The notes beneath the pieces are model-generated. The model saw nothing but the letters and a program-made list of their open reading frames with translations, made no database searches and was not told the DNA's origin. From assembly GCF_009834535.1 (NCBI RefSeq), contig NC_045697.1, forward strand, positions 6,078,001-6,142,000: a stretch of 64,000 nucleotides of DNA, given 5' to 3'. Position numbers and translations under genes: made by a program. Below, piece by piece: positions 37,901-49,270 of the stretch; the first letter of the stretch is position 1; each line of letters starts with the position of its first letter. Source of the DNA: Camelus ferus (taxonomy: Eukaryota).

Positions 37901-39516
37901 CAATGGTTTTCCTCCCTAAAGAGTTACTGGAAGGAGGTAGTGTGAGGATGCACCTCCAGCCCAGTGCTGGGCCCACGAGAGGCACATGATGATCATCAGA
38001 AGCTGGAGAGGGCTAGCGGTGGTGTGGACGTCATTATTTCTGTCTCGTCAAAAAAGGGTCCTAGACTTGTTTATTTCTCAGGTCTATGAATCCATGGATA
38101 ATTTCCCTCTATTTCCCCTGCCAACAAGCCAGGGGCCAAGCTTCTGGCAACAAATTGAACCATGCAATTCCCAGCCGGGAGGGCTGGCAGAGAACACCTT
38201 CCAATGATGACAGGACAATGGGAGGCAAATTACCTTGTAGCCTGTGTTACGATATTAATGTTCCTTACTGATTCACACCGAGCCTGTCATGAATTCATCT
38301 CAAATTATTCTCAGGAGGGCTAGAAAAATTCTCATAAATAGAACCCTTCTATGGATGGCCCGGAGGACCCACACTGTTGCATAACAGAGCAAGTCATGCC
38401 TGGAGGTCCTTAGGGGTTTGCAGAGAAAGTCCGCACCACCGAACACACCCGCACAGGGAGGACAACGGTACAGAAGTCCTTACAAAAGTGCCCACCGCCC
38501 AGCCATGCTCTTTGAAGCAAGGACCACACAAGACAAAATTCCACAAGCCCAGCAGTGCCACCTAATGTCACTTGAGTGGCACAGCTAAGGCCTCCCGTGC
38601 AGAGAAAGTGGCCTGAGACTTCTAGCCTCTGAAAAGTTCTGCTTGCAAGGTCGGCCCTGGGCTGGGGTCGGGGAACCTGGATCGGGGGAGGGGCCCCACT
38701 CTTCCCAGAACAGAGAAGAGGGGCCCCCAGGGCCTACACTGAGCAAACAGCTTCGTTTGTGCTGCACGCCTGCTCCTCTCCGGGAGGCAGGTGTGGTGGA
38801 CGTGCCCAGAGGAGGCGCCTATGTGCCCAGCCCCTAATACAAGCCCCGAGCTCCGAGCCTCTGCTCAGCTTGCCGGGAGGGCAGCACCTCACACTGCGGT
38901 CACAGCCGGCTGCCGGGGAAGCTCGGTGCACCCGCACGGCTCCGCGCGGGGAGGAGCCGGCCGCGTGTGCCTGGGCCCCTGCGCCCCCGCCCCAGGCGCC
39001 TCGCCTTTTGGCTGATCTTGCTTGTATCCTCTCGCGGTGACAAAGCACAGGCCAAGGAAGTCTGCGTGCCGACCCTGCTAGCGAATGCGCAAAACTGGGG
39101 CGGCCCTGGGGGTCCGGCGCACCTCCCAGGTCCCTAGCGAAATGTCCAGCTCCATTTGGACTTAACTTGATGTTCAGTTTGCGGGTTTGTGGTGGTTTAT
39201 TTCCTTCCTACTGTGTGACTCCCCCGGAGGAGTTTGAGAAAGAGGCCTCTCCTTCTAGACACCTGAGAACAGTTTGCTCCCTTCGCTGGCTTTTAAAATG
39301 AAAACTGAACACAGTGAAAGAGGATGCTTGGGACTGCAAGCCATGGTCAGAGAGTAAGACCCTCAGAGTTTCCTGGGTTCCCCCTTCAACCACCTTTGCA
39401 ATGAGGCAGCTTGACTCTTGGGTTTAATTAGATAGAACATGAGGAAAGAAACGCATTTTCTGTGTGGCCCCAGGCAGAAGCAGAGAGAAGTGTGTGTGTG
39501 CACACAGACACCCATC

Positions 39517-39555
<39 letters not shown>

Positions 39556-39656
39556 CAGAGCCTCTCTCCTGCTGGAACGTTCTTTTGAGAGATGGCATAG
39601 CTGTGTTTGTGGGGGGACAGTGCATTCATGCAGGCCTGCTCTTTGCTCTGAGATAA

Positions 39657-39887
39657 CATGAAAAGATGCTCAATATTGTTAATTATCAGAGAAATGCAAA
39701 TCAAAACTACAATGAGGTATCACCTTACACCAGTCAGAATGGCCAATATTAAAAAGTTCACAAACAGGGGGGAGGGTGTAACTCAAATGGTAGAACACAT
39801 GCTTACCATGTGCAAGGTTCTGAGTTCAACCTCCAGTACCTCCAGGGAAAAAGTAAATAAATCGATAAACCTAATTACCTCCTCACT

Positions 39888-39921
<34 letters not shown>

Positions 39922-40670
39922 ACAAATGATAAATGCTGGAGAGGGTGTGAAGAAAAGGGAACCCTGCTACACTGTTCGTGAGAATGTAAATTGGTACAGC
40001 CACTATGAAAAATAGTATGGAGATCCCTCAAAAAACTAAAAATAGACTTAGAGCAGTCCCACTCCTGGGCATTTATTTGGGGAAACTCTAATTTGAAAAG
40101 ATGCATGCACCCCAATGTTCATAGCAGCACCATTTACAGTAGCCAAGAAATGGAAGCAACCTAAATGTCCATCAAAAGATGACTGGATAAAGAAGATGTG
40201 GCATATTTATACAATGGAATACTACTCAGCTATAAATATGAAATGCCATTTGCAGCAACATGGATGGACCTGGAGATGATCATACTAAGTGAGGTAAGTC
40301 AGACAGAGAAAGATAAATATCATATGAAATCATTTATATGTGGAATCTAAAAAAAAATGACACAAGTGAACTTATTTACAAAACAGAAAGAGACTCACAG
40401 ACATAGAAAACAAATTTATGGTTGCCAAAGGAGAAAGGTAGGGGAGGGATAAATTAGGAGTTTGAGATTCGCAGATGCAAACTGCTATATATAAAATAGA
40501 TAAACAACAAGGTCCTCCTGTACAGCATCAGAGAGCTATATTCAATAGCCCATAATAACCTATAATGAAAAAGAATATGAGAAAGAATAGATATATATGT
40601 ATAACTGAATCACTATGCTGTACACCAGAAACTGCTCAACACTGTAAATCAACTAGACTTCAGTAAAAGT
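39657..40670 (+). mobile_element. 5'-truncated L1, interrupted by a SINE
   Basis: MKRCSILLIIREMQIKTTMRYHLTPVRMA...[15 protein letters not shown] (ORF2 C-terminus) followed by 3'UTR. Confidence 0.92.
39767..39918 (+). mobile_element. Vic-1-type tRNA-derived SINE (camelid)
   Basis: ggggagggtgtaactcaaatggtaga...gagttcaacctccagtacctcc...aaacctaattacctcc plus poly(A); TSD-like aaaaagttcacaaa / aaaaaatccacaaa. Confidence 0.85.
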
Positions 40671-41810
40671 TTTTGAAAAGTGGCCTCTGGGTGGGGCCAA
40701 GGTTGTGACCGTCCTCTGCAGACACAAGGGCACCATCCATTGGCTGAGTGGCTTTGGACCAGTTACTCAATCTTCCTCCTCCCAGTTTCCTTTTTTTGTA
40801 AAATGGGATTATTGTCACAATAATTTGGTATACACAGTAAGCTGGGACACAAGTGAGAGTTCCAGTTCCTGCTTCATAGACGGGGATTCACAGAGCAGTT
40901 TTATTGTTAAATTATTAACTGTGTGCCGTTTGCTTTTGCTGATAAGCAGCCTGCTTTTCTCTTACAACTACTGGGACAAAGTGAGGTAGAAGGAAGACAG
41001 AGGAAAGAGAAAGAACAACTTTGACTTTCCAAAATCAGAGTCCTGTCCCGCGCTTAAACTGTCCTGCGATACCTGTCTCATCAAAATAATGGCCAGTCGT
41101 TTCTGTAGCAACAAGATGCACTGGTTTCTCCTGTGATCTCAGCCTCTCCCACCAAGACGCCCCACTGTGCCCCTCCATCCACCCAGTGGGTGCCGATGCC
41201 TGTGACCCTCTCTGCACCCGTCATCCATCCTGGCTGTCCTGTGGTGGGCCTCAGGCCACACAGAGCTGCCCCATCACGTGCTCTCCTTCTCTGAGAGCAC
41301 AGGGGCTCCCAGAAGAGTCACTAAAGTTGCAGCTCAGGGCAGCATTAACTGAAAGGACCAGGACTCGCTGTTGGTTCTCTGTCTGCTGGTTCATTGGACT
41401 CTTTCTTTTGGGCCAGCATCGAACACCTGCTGCTAATGGGGACAGCTCTCTTCTTGCAGAGAGAGGTGATGGTTTTCCTCCTCATCACCGCCTGTTTACC
41501 TGCCCTTAGGGAAGGATCCGGGAGAGGAGAATGAGTAAGTAAACTTTCTGCTGGGAGATTTATGGAATGTCAAATTAATTGTTTTGCTGAAGTGCTGGGC
41601 TTAGATACTAACACCAGGGGGGTGCGATTCTGTCTCTCCTTCTAAGAGGAGAAATGTCACCAACTTAGAAATCACTGAGTCATTCATTATATGTAAAAGC
41701 CAAAGCACTCATTGTTATTATTGTGGACGCTGGGTTTGTTTCAAGTTTAGTCCTAGTTTATATGCCTTGGGAGCAGGGGTGATAAGTTAGACCCCCAAAG
41801 CAAAGCAAAG

Positions 41811-41864
41811 TTTCTTCCTTCCTTCCTTCCTTCCTTTCCTTCCTTTCCTTCCTTCTTTCTTTCT

Positions 41865-41923
<59 letters not shown>

Positions 41924-41970
41924 CTCTTTCTTTCCTTCCTTCCTTCCTTCCTTCCCACTCCTTCCTTCCC
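41811..41970. repeat. Compound (TTCC)n/(TTTC)n microsatellite
   Basis: Read directly from the sequence. Confidence 0.97.
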
Positions 41971-42058
41971 TTATTCATTAATTCATTTAACAAACTCTTT
42001 TTTCGGTATTTTTAGGTTTAGAACATATTTTGTATGAAGCACATGGTGTATGTGCAGT

Positions 42059-42750
42059 TGTATAATTAGGAATTTGGCTGGCTTTTCTTCCTGGTTCTTG
42101 GAAGGTAGCCTCTAAACCCTTGGATTTTCTGAATGAGAGGTGTGTCTTTGTTATTCATGGAGGGGGTCTCAGACCCCACCTGGTGCTTTATGCATGTGCG
42201 AATATCTCAGGTTGGGGGCTGGCCATGCCAGGAGGACCAACCATGTGGCCAGAGGCCAGGTCATGCCCTCCCTACGTCCAAGGAGGGGAGGCGGACTGGA
42301 GACAGATTTGATCAGTCATGCCTAGGTAATGAAGCCCAAATAAAAGCTCTGGACACGGAGGTGCGGGTGAGCTTCCCTGTGGGCACTACTTGGTGTATCA
42401 GTGTGCTGGGAGGGTGATGTGTCTTGACATTCCAAGGGAGAGGACACCTGAAGTTTTACATTTGGAAGCCCCCCTCCCCCATACAGTACCTCACTTGTAT
42501 GGGTCTCCTTTGCCTGGTTCTGATTGGTATCCTTTTTGTCATAATAAAACTTATAATTACATAAGTATGCTGCTTTCCTGAGTTCTTGGAGTTGTTCTAG
42601 CAAATTATCAAGACTGAGGGGCTAATGGGAGCCTCCCCAAATCTGTAAACAGTTGGTCAGAGTCGTAGGTGGCCCTGAAATCCCCAAGCTTGCAGCTGGT
42701 GTCTGAGGTGAGGGCAGATGTTTTAACCTGTGAACTTGGCCTGCCTGTGG
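42059..42750. mobile_element. MER21-like LTR
   Basis: cctctaaacccttggattttctg...ttgttattcat...ctgagttct...ttctagcaaattatc; homologous to the element at 18.7-20.3 kb. Confidence 0.7.
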
Positions 42751-43288
42751 GTAGTCGGCGTAATTCTTAAGGGCCCTAGGATTTCCAGGCTGGTAAATGA
42801 GCATTGGCTTCAACTTAAAGCCCAGCCGCATTAGCCCCTAACAAGAAAGCCGGCCTGTCCCCTGAAGCCAGGCCCTGACTTCTCCTCTCTAGCTGTGAAA
42901 GTCCTAGATGGCATCTCCGACACAGTGCTGTTCTGTCTGCATTGAGAATCTGTCATTTAGTGAAGTCACTTCCATGAATTCTCCGAGCTGGAGCTTCTGG
43001 AGAACCTGCTGCGGCTCGTACATCAGCACCGGCTGCTGCACCTTGCACGCTGATGTCCTGGAGACGGCATCTTTCCTTAAACCTCGTGAAGCAACCTCTG
43101 GTCGCTTCCAGCTTCTTCTGCAGCTTCCTCACCTCTCTCAGCCTTCACGAAATTGAAGACAGTAGAATCCAGCCTTGCTCTGGGTGAGGCTTTGGATTAA
43201 GGAAAGGTTGTGGCTCATTTGATCTTCTATCCAGACCACTCCAACTTTCTCCATGTCAGCAATAAGCCTGTTTTGCTTTATCATTTGT

Positions 43289-43534
43289 TTTTTAAAAATT
43301 TTTTAAATATATTTTTTGAAGTATAGTCAGTTTACAGTGTTGTGCGAATTTCTGGGGTACAGCACAATGCTTCAGTCATACATGAACATACACACATTCA
43401 TTTTCATATTCTCTTTCACCATAAATTACTACTGGACACTGAATATAGTTCCCTGTGCTCTACAGCACGATCATGGTGTTCATCTATTTTATATATATTA
43501 CTATCTGCAAACCTCCAGCTCCCAATTTATCCCC
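43289..43534 (-). mobile_element. Short L1 3' end inside Tigger1
   Basis: tttttgaagtatagtcagtttacagtgttgtg...; diverged TSD ttgctttatcatttgt / ttgctttaacacttgt. Confidence 0.85.
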
Positions 43535-43573
43535 TTGCTTTAACACTTGTGTGCTCACTGGAGTAGCACTTTT

Positions 43574-43710
43574 TGTTTGTTTGTTTGTTTTATGAAGGGG
43601 AGGTAATTAGGTTTCTTTAATTATTTCTATTTGGAGGAGGTACTGGGGATCGAACCTAGGACCTCATGCATGCTAGGCACGCACTCTACAACTTGAGCTA
43701 TACCGCCCCC
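43574..43710 (-). mobile_element. Vic-1-type SINE inserted in Tigger1
   Basis: Minus strand ggtatagctcaagttgtagagtg...ggttcgatccccagtacctcc. Perfect 16-bp TSD ctggagtagcactttt at 43558-43573 and 43711-43726. Confidence 0.9.
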
Positions 43711-44775
43711 CTGGAGTAGCACTTTTAATTGCCTTCAAGAGCTTTCCCTTTGCATTCACTTGGCTATTTGGCAAAATCACTTTTAGCCTCTCTTGTCTTT
43801 CAACACACCTTCCTCACTAAGCTTAATCATTTTTAGCTTTTGATTTAAAGTGAGAGACGTGTGACTCCTTTCACTTGCACACTTAGAGGCCATCGTAGGA
43901 TTACTCGCTGGCCTAATTTCAATGTTGCGCTGTCTCAGGGAGCAGGGAGCCGGAGGACAAGGGGAGAGACGGGGGAACAGCAGGTGGGTGGAGCAGTCAG
44001 AACACACACAGCATTTACCTGCTAAGTTCGCTGTCTTCTCTGGGCGCGGTTGGTGGTGCCCCAAACAAGTACAACAGTAACATCAGAAATGACTGATCCC
44101 AGAGCACCATGCAGATGGAATCATGGGAAAGCTGGAAATACTGTGAGAATCACCCAAATGTGACACAGAGACAGGAAGTAAGCAAATGCTGTTGGAAAAA
44201 TGACACTGATCGACTTGTTCCAGGCGGAGCTGCCACAAACCTTCAATCTGCAAAATATGCAATATTTGTGATAAAGCCAAGCACGATCAAACGAGGTGTG
44301 TCTGTGTAGAGACAGCAAAGAGACCGGCGGCTGCCAGGGTCGGGGAGGAAGGAATGAGCAGTGGGCTTTGGGTGCTGGTGTGTGTCAAGTTCGGCTCATG
44401 GATTAAACAGAGGTACCCCTGCCAGTGCAGGATGGTGACAGTGGGGGAGGCTGGGCCTGTGTGGGGACAAGAGGGTACTGGGAACTCTGGGCGTTCTGCT
44501 CAAGTTTGCTCTGAGCCTAAAACTAGTCTAAAATATTAAGTTTATTACTTAAAAACATTTTTTGAATGAATAAATGCGGGAATGACAGAATTGCTCCTTC
44601 CTCGTGTCCCCATGGTCATTGCTTGGACTATCACTTTTCCACCCACACATTCTGTTCCAGCTTCAAGTTGTACACGTCTCTTTGCCACGTAAACCATGGG
44701 TGCAAGGGTTCTCCACCCTCTGCTGGAGCCTCATGACTTTCAACATGAAGCTGGAGGGCAAATTCTCAGTCGTCT

Positions 44776-45309
44776 TTCAGCTGGGGAAAAAAAGCACAAC
44801 CTTAAAGTTGAGAGTTATGTTTTGTTTGGCAGACTTTCTGAGGACTTGAACCTGGGAGGCCTCTCAGATCTCTCTAAGAGGTTGCTTCAAAGAGGCAGGG
44901 GAGAAGCTGGGACATAGAAGAGTTTTGCCGCAAAGACCAGGTAGTCAGAACATAAAAAGAGTATTGTTAAATAATAATAATAATATAATAATAGTAATAA
45001 TAATAATAAAAACAGATACCCTAAGTTAGGGGATTTAGTGCTTTTCTATATATGGGAAGGTGCAAAGGTCTGAGCTCATTGAAATCATTCCTCTGATGTG
45101 CACCTAGCTGTCTAGGGCCAGTGTCCTGTCCTTCCACACCCTGAGTTCCCTCGGGGGCACCACTGGCGGTGGCTCAGAGGCTAGGCTGCCTGCCTGTCTC
45201 TATCCTGAGTGCCCTCCAGTCACAGTCAGGGTTGGTGGTAGTGGCTGATGACTTGATGGCCCCAGCATCCTTTGTTTACTGCTGTGGCCGGCAATATTTT
45301 TCATTCACA
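44776..45309 (-). mobile_element. ERV1-like solo LTR containing an (AAT)n run
   Basis: aaagttgagagttatgttttgtttggc...gcttttctatatatgggaag...ttttcattcaca; resembles laurasiatherian ERV1 LTRs. Confidence 0.65.
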
Positions 45310-45502
45310 CCTCTTTTAAAGACAAATCTGAACAAATCCGATCCCATCTCAGGATGACACCACAGTGATAAAATCAAAGCCAGTGATTGCTGCAAGCATT
45401 CAGAGAAACCATCCCGGCTCCCTGGTTTTCAAACTGTTTTTAGCATCAGAATCAATTTTTCAAACGAACTTACACAGAGCCCCCAAATATAAAAGAGTTA
45501 AC

Positions 45503-45539
<37 letters not shown>

Positions 45540-46500
45540 AAACAAAAACCCAGATCTGTCCTGGCACAAAAGGAGTCTGGATCCCTGTGACACGTCTGCA
45601 AAGCCTTGGGCTGCTGGTCCAGTCTTCCACTGTGTTTTGTACACAGGATGCTGGGCCCCCAACAAGCAAAAGCCTTAAAAGCATCCAGGAAGGTCCACAG
45701 CGAGGTTTCTGTGTCTTTGGTGTCTGCCCTTGTGCTCTGCAAAACACATCCTGCACTCCGACCACATCATACCTGCATTTCCACAAATGTTTCATATCTC
45801 AGGCTTCTGTGCCTTTGCTCCACCTTCGAGGTGCAACTCAGGGTGCAACTCAGGCATCACCTCCTCCAGGAAGTCTTCCCTCATACCCCCCATTGACCCA
45901 TCCACCTTACCCCAAGGTGGAGGCTGTTGAAGCAGAAGCCAGCACACCCAGGAATGGGCAGCACCTAAACCTAATAGCCTAGGTGGGTGGGAACCAAACC
46001 TCCATCTGCAAATTAGCAGAATGGTGTTAGGAGGGCCTGAGAAATTGCTCCTAATGACCTCATTCCAGATGAAAACAAAAATTAGTGATGGATCTTAACC
46101 AACAGATATCCATGTGGCCTCTAACTGTGATTTAAAGCCATAAACACAAAAGAAAGATCAGGAAAATGTTTCTGTGTCTGGATCCCTTCGTGGTTACTCA
46201 GATTGCATGCTCCTAGCCCTGGAATAAGACCTTTAGCATCCACTCCTTGGGAATCTCCGAAGACCCCTCTCTACAGTCTCCCAGGACACTCTAGAAGCAA
46301 GAAACTGACCCCAAGCGTTGTCACTATCCTGTTTCTGTATCTCTCACCTACCCCTCCAAGGCGGGGCTGTTCTCACGCTCTCTGTCCCTCCCCTCACCCA
46401 AGTGTCCATCAGGGGTCTGGCATAGACCTGGCCTGCAGAAGTTTGCAGAATGGGGTACCATCCTGGGCTAGGTGGTAACACCTGGTTTTCCGCGTTGCCG

Positions 46501-46516
46501 CAGCGCCCTCTGCCGG
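46501..46516 (-). promoter_or_regulatory. CTCF-like motif
   Basis: Minus strand reads CCGGCAGAGGGCGCTG. Confidence 0.5.
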
Positions 46517-46544
46517 GTGCATCCCGCCACTGCAGGACACTCAC

Positions 46545-46643
46545 CGGAGTTGGGGCGTTGACCACGGAGAGGTTGTACCCACAGAGGAAGGAGGAGCCGA
46601 AGGCGCCCACGAGAGAGGCCACGATGAGCGAGCAGGACCAATC
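46545..46643 (-). CDS. SLC2A9: SLC2A9 common exon (99 nt, TM1), [33 protein letters not shown]
   Basis: Acceptor ctctcctttccag, donor GTGAGT, phase 0/0. Near-identical to GLUT9 residues 51-83. Confidence 0.97.
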
Positions 46644-47637
46644 CTGGAAAGGAGAGCAAAGCAAGTCAGACCTGACACTTGGGCGCAGAGCCAGGGACCC
46701 GCGGGAGGCACCTGGGCTGTCCCCTTAGCTAGGGAGTCCAACTCAGAGGATTCCCAGGGCAAGGATGCAAGTCTTTTTGGAGCCAGCTGGCCGGAGGGTT
46801 TCCCATCCAGGTCTGGTCCCGGTGGGTGTGGTCAACCCACGGAGCTCAGGTCGCCTCTGTTGGCAGCCACACCACTGCCCTCCTTGCCCTGCTGCATTTA
46901 GATCTGGGAAACGCCGACCTACCATCCTTGCAGGTGCTCTGACAGCAGCTACACGCTGCTATTTTAGCTGAATCTGGCCTGCCTCTGACCCACAGAGGAG
47001 CAAAAGAGCAAAGCCAGACTAAGTTGCCAGCAGCCGCAGCTGCTTCTTATTAAGAGCTATGGTCTCGTCATCTGTTCTAAGCGCCTTCTGGATTTTCTCT
47101 CCTGGAATCCTCAGATCAGTACTTTTTAGCTTGCTTTTACAGGTGAGGAAACAGAGGTGAGGAGCTGTCCCTGGTGCTGTCTGGGATGGAGACTGGAGCC
47201 CAGATGGCCTGGTTCCAGCCCTCGTGCAGTCATCACTGCACCACACTGCTTCTTCGCCTGGGAGCAGTGTCTGGGGGCCTGAAGCTGCAGAGATGCACAC
47301 AAGCTCATGCAGGCCCCGCTGCAGGCTGGGCTGGCCATCTACTGGCCAGTGGGAGCACCTTGGAACAAGGACCTGCAGACAGAGAGATGTAGGGCTTGGC
47401 CTGGAGAACCAGGCATCTGCCTCCATGCGATCCTGCCCTATGGCCCCATCCACGCACGGCTGCAGCTGCACTAGGACCAGAGCAGAAACATCTGGGCCCC
47501 TTGGCAAAGGCTCGTCAGAAGGCAGGAGCTGGAGGCTGGAGGGGCTGCCATCCCCAGGCTGGCCAGGAAAGTGAGGAAATTCACCAGATGGAGGGGCCCA
47601 GGTGCTCTTGGAAGTTACTTTCTCTGCCATCATTTAT

Positions 47638-47663
47638 TGTGTGTGTGTGTGTGTGTGTGTGTG
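47638..47663. repeat. (TG)n microsatellite
   Basis: Read directly from the sequence. Confidence 0.95.
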
Positions 47664-49156
47664 CTTGTGTGTTCTAAGTGCCAGGCCCTGACACAGCTCC
47701 AGGGACACAGCAATAGACATGACAGATGAGGTCCACAGTTTAGGGAACTGAATAGATCAAACACTGTTTGGAAGCCAGGTCCCTGCTCTCCCTGCCCCAG
47801 CGCTGCCTCTAGCTCAGGCTCCAGCACCAGAAGGCTCCACCGCTCGGCTGGGGGGCCTGTCCAGGGTCTTGACCTTTCTGGGCCTCAGTTTGCCCAGCTA
47901 TAAAATGGGACCTAAACTGTAGCACCAGCTGCATAGGCGGTGGTGGATGTGCTGCTGGCCAAGGCCATGGAGGGGGGCACATGCATGTAGCCAGTGTTCA
48001 GAAAGGGTGTTTACTTATTCTGTTTTCTCTCTCCACTCCCTCTGGCCCAGCCACGCAGAATGGCCAGCACCTGAGTTACATGCTAAGGTCTCTCTTGCCC
48101 TGGCCAGTGTGGCTGCATCCCCCTGAACTCTTCCCTTCTGGAGACTTTCATATGTCAGACCGATGGAAAGCCTCCCTGGAAGCTTCACCTCCTCATTTCC
48201 ACGTTTCTCTCTTTGATTCAACACTGTCTGACTCCCAGCTCGGCCACTCGTGTCTGTGCAAACTTAGACCAGTTACATAGTTGCTCTGTGACTCAATGTC
48301 CTCATCTGTGAAATGGGGGTGATAAGGGACCCGCCTCATGGGATATTCTGCAGAAGAAAGGAGTTAGAGCAGGGGAGCCCCTCACCCGTCTGGGGGCCGG
48401 GGCCGGTGAGGGACAGCAGCAGGGGCGGGGCAGAGGGTGCAGGTCTTACTTTTTGAGGGCGGGAGCCTTGCTTCCAGGCGCTGTGCCGGTCATAGAGGAG
48501 GCGCTCGGAAAATGCTGGTGATCGGATGATAGGCCAGAGGGAGGGTTGACGGGCCACGGAGATGGACACTGGCAGGTGTGGGGCCAGGATACTTTTCTGC
48601 AGTAAGAGGAGCTTGAACTGAGTGGGATTCCTTGACAGAACAGAATCATTTTGGACAAAATGCCCGTTCTCCATCGCCTTTTGTATTTAAACTCATCCTC
48701 TGGGCCTTAGTTCAGATCTCACTCCTTCTGACCCCCTGGGCTGTGCTGGTCCCCTGGGTTTCCCTCACTCCCAGCCTTGGTCATTATTCCCTTGTCTGCA
48801 CCCATCAGAGAGCAGAGTGGGTGGAAGCCGTCTCCCTTGGAGCCCCCACCCCTGCATGGCCCACCTGGGCCCACCACCTCTCATACCCGCCCCAAGGGCA
48901 GAGGGTGCCCGCTGGTGGGGGCAGGAGGGAGGGGAGGACAGCACCCAGCACGAGCGGGCGGCTCTCTGCCGTGGCAGCATCACATGAGCACAGCCGCTGC
49001 CAGAAGATGCTGTCGGCCCCAGGAATCTGCAGCTCAAGAGTTGGAGCCCTACAGCCAAGGTCAATGGACCAGGACGCCAGGACTCAGGCCCTAGGGCTTT
49101 CAGAGGGGGCAGAGACAGCCCTCGTGGCAAGTACAGAGGCCGATTTCTGTGTTTAC

Positions 49157-49270
49157 CTTTCTTCTCCTCCTGCCCGGTGTCCGGCTGCTGCTCGGGTGGG
49201 CACACTCAGGAGGCCCTGGGAGGCTCAGACCATGCGTAAGAGGAGCTAAGCTCAGTTCCCAGGAGCCCAT
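49157..49270 (-). CDS. SLC2A9: SLC2A9 long-isoform (GLUT9L/GLUT9a) first coding exon, MGSWELSLAPLTHGLSLPGPPECAHPSSSRTPGRRRRK
   Basis: Resembles human ...KELGLVPLTDDTSHAGPPG...ECDHLRSGVPGGRRRK. Donor AAG|GTAAAC at 49156, phase 0. Start codon uncertain. Confidence 0.8.

Larger units (their letters stand above)
42752..44304 (-). mobile_element. Tigger1 DNA transposon, 5' part, degenerate
   Basis: Transposase remnants MASKCASERSHTSLTLNQKLKMIKLSEEG and FKLKPMLIYQPGNPRALKNYA; TIR-like end near 44304. Confidence 0.9.

Noticed and set aside
41758..41993. Lys/Glu/Arg-rich ORFs
   Set aside because: Translations of a (TTTC)n/(TTCC)n microsatellite.
43640..43710. tRNA-like A and B boxes
   Set aside because: SINE head with a tail and TSD, not a tRNA gene. 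The same applies at 12.9 kb and 39.8 kb.
45365..49249. ~200-aa ORFs (45365-45982, 47019-47633, 48632-49249)
   Set aside because: No recognisable domain. They cross poly(A) and repeat relics and are expected by chance in GC-rich intron.
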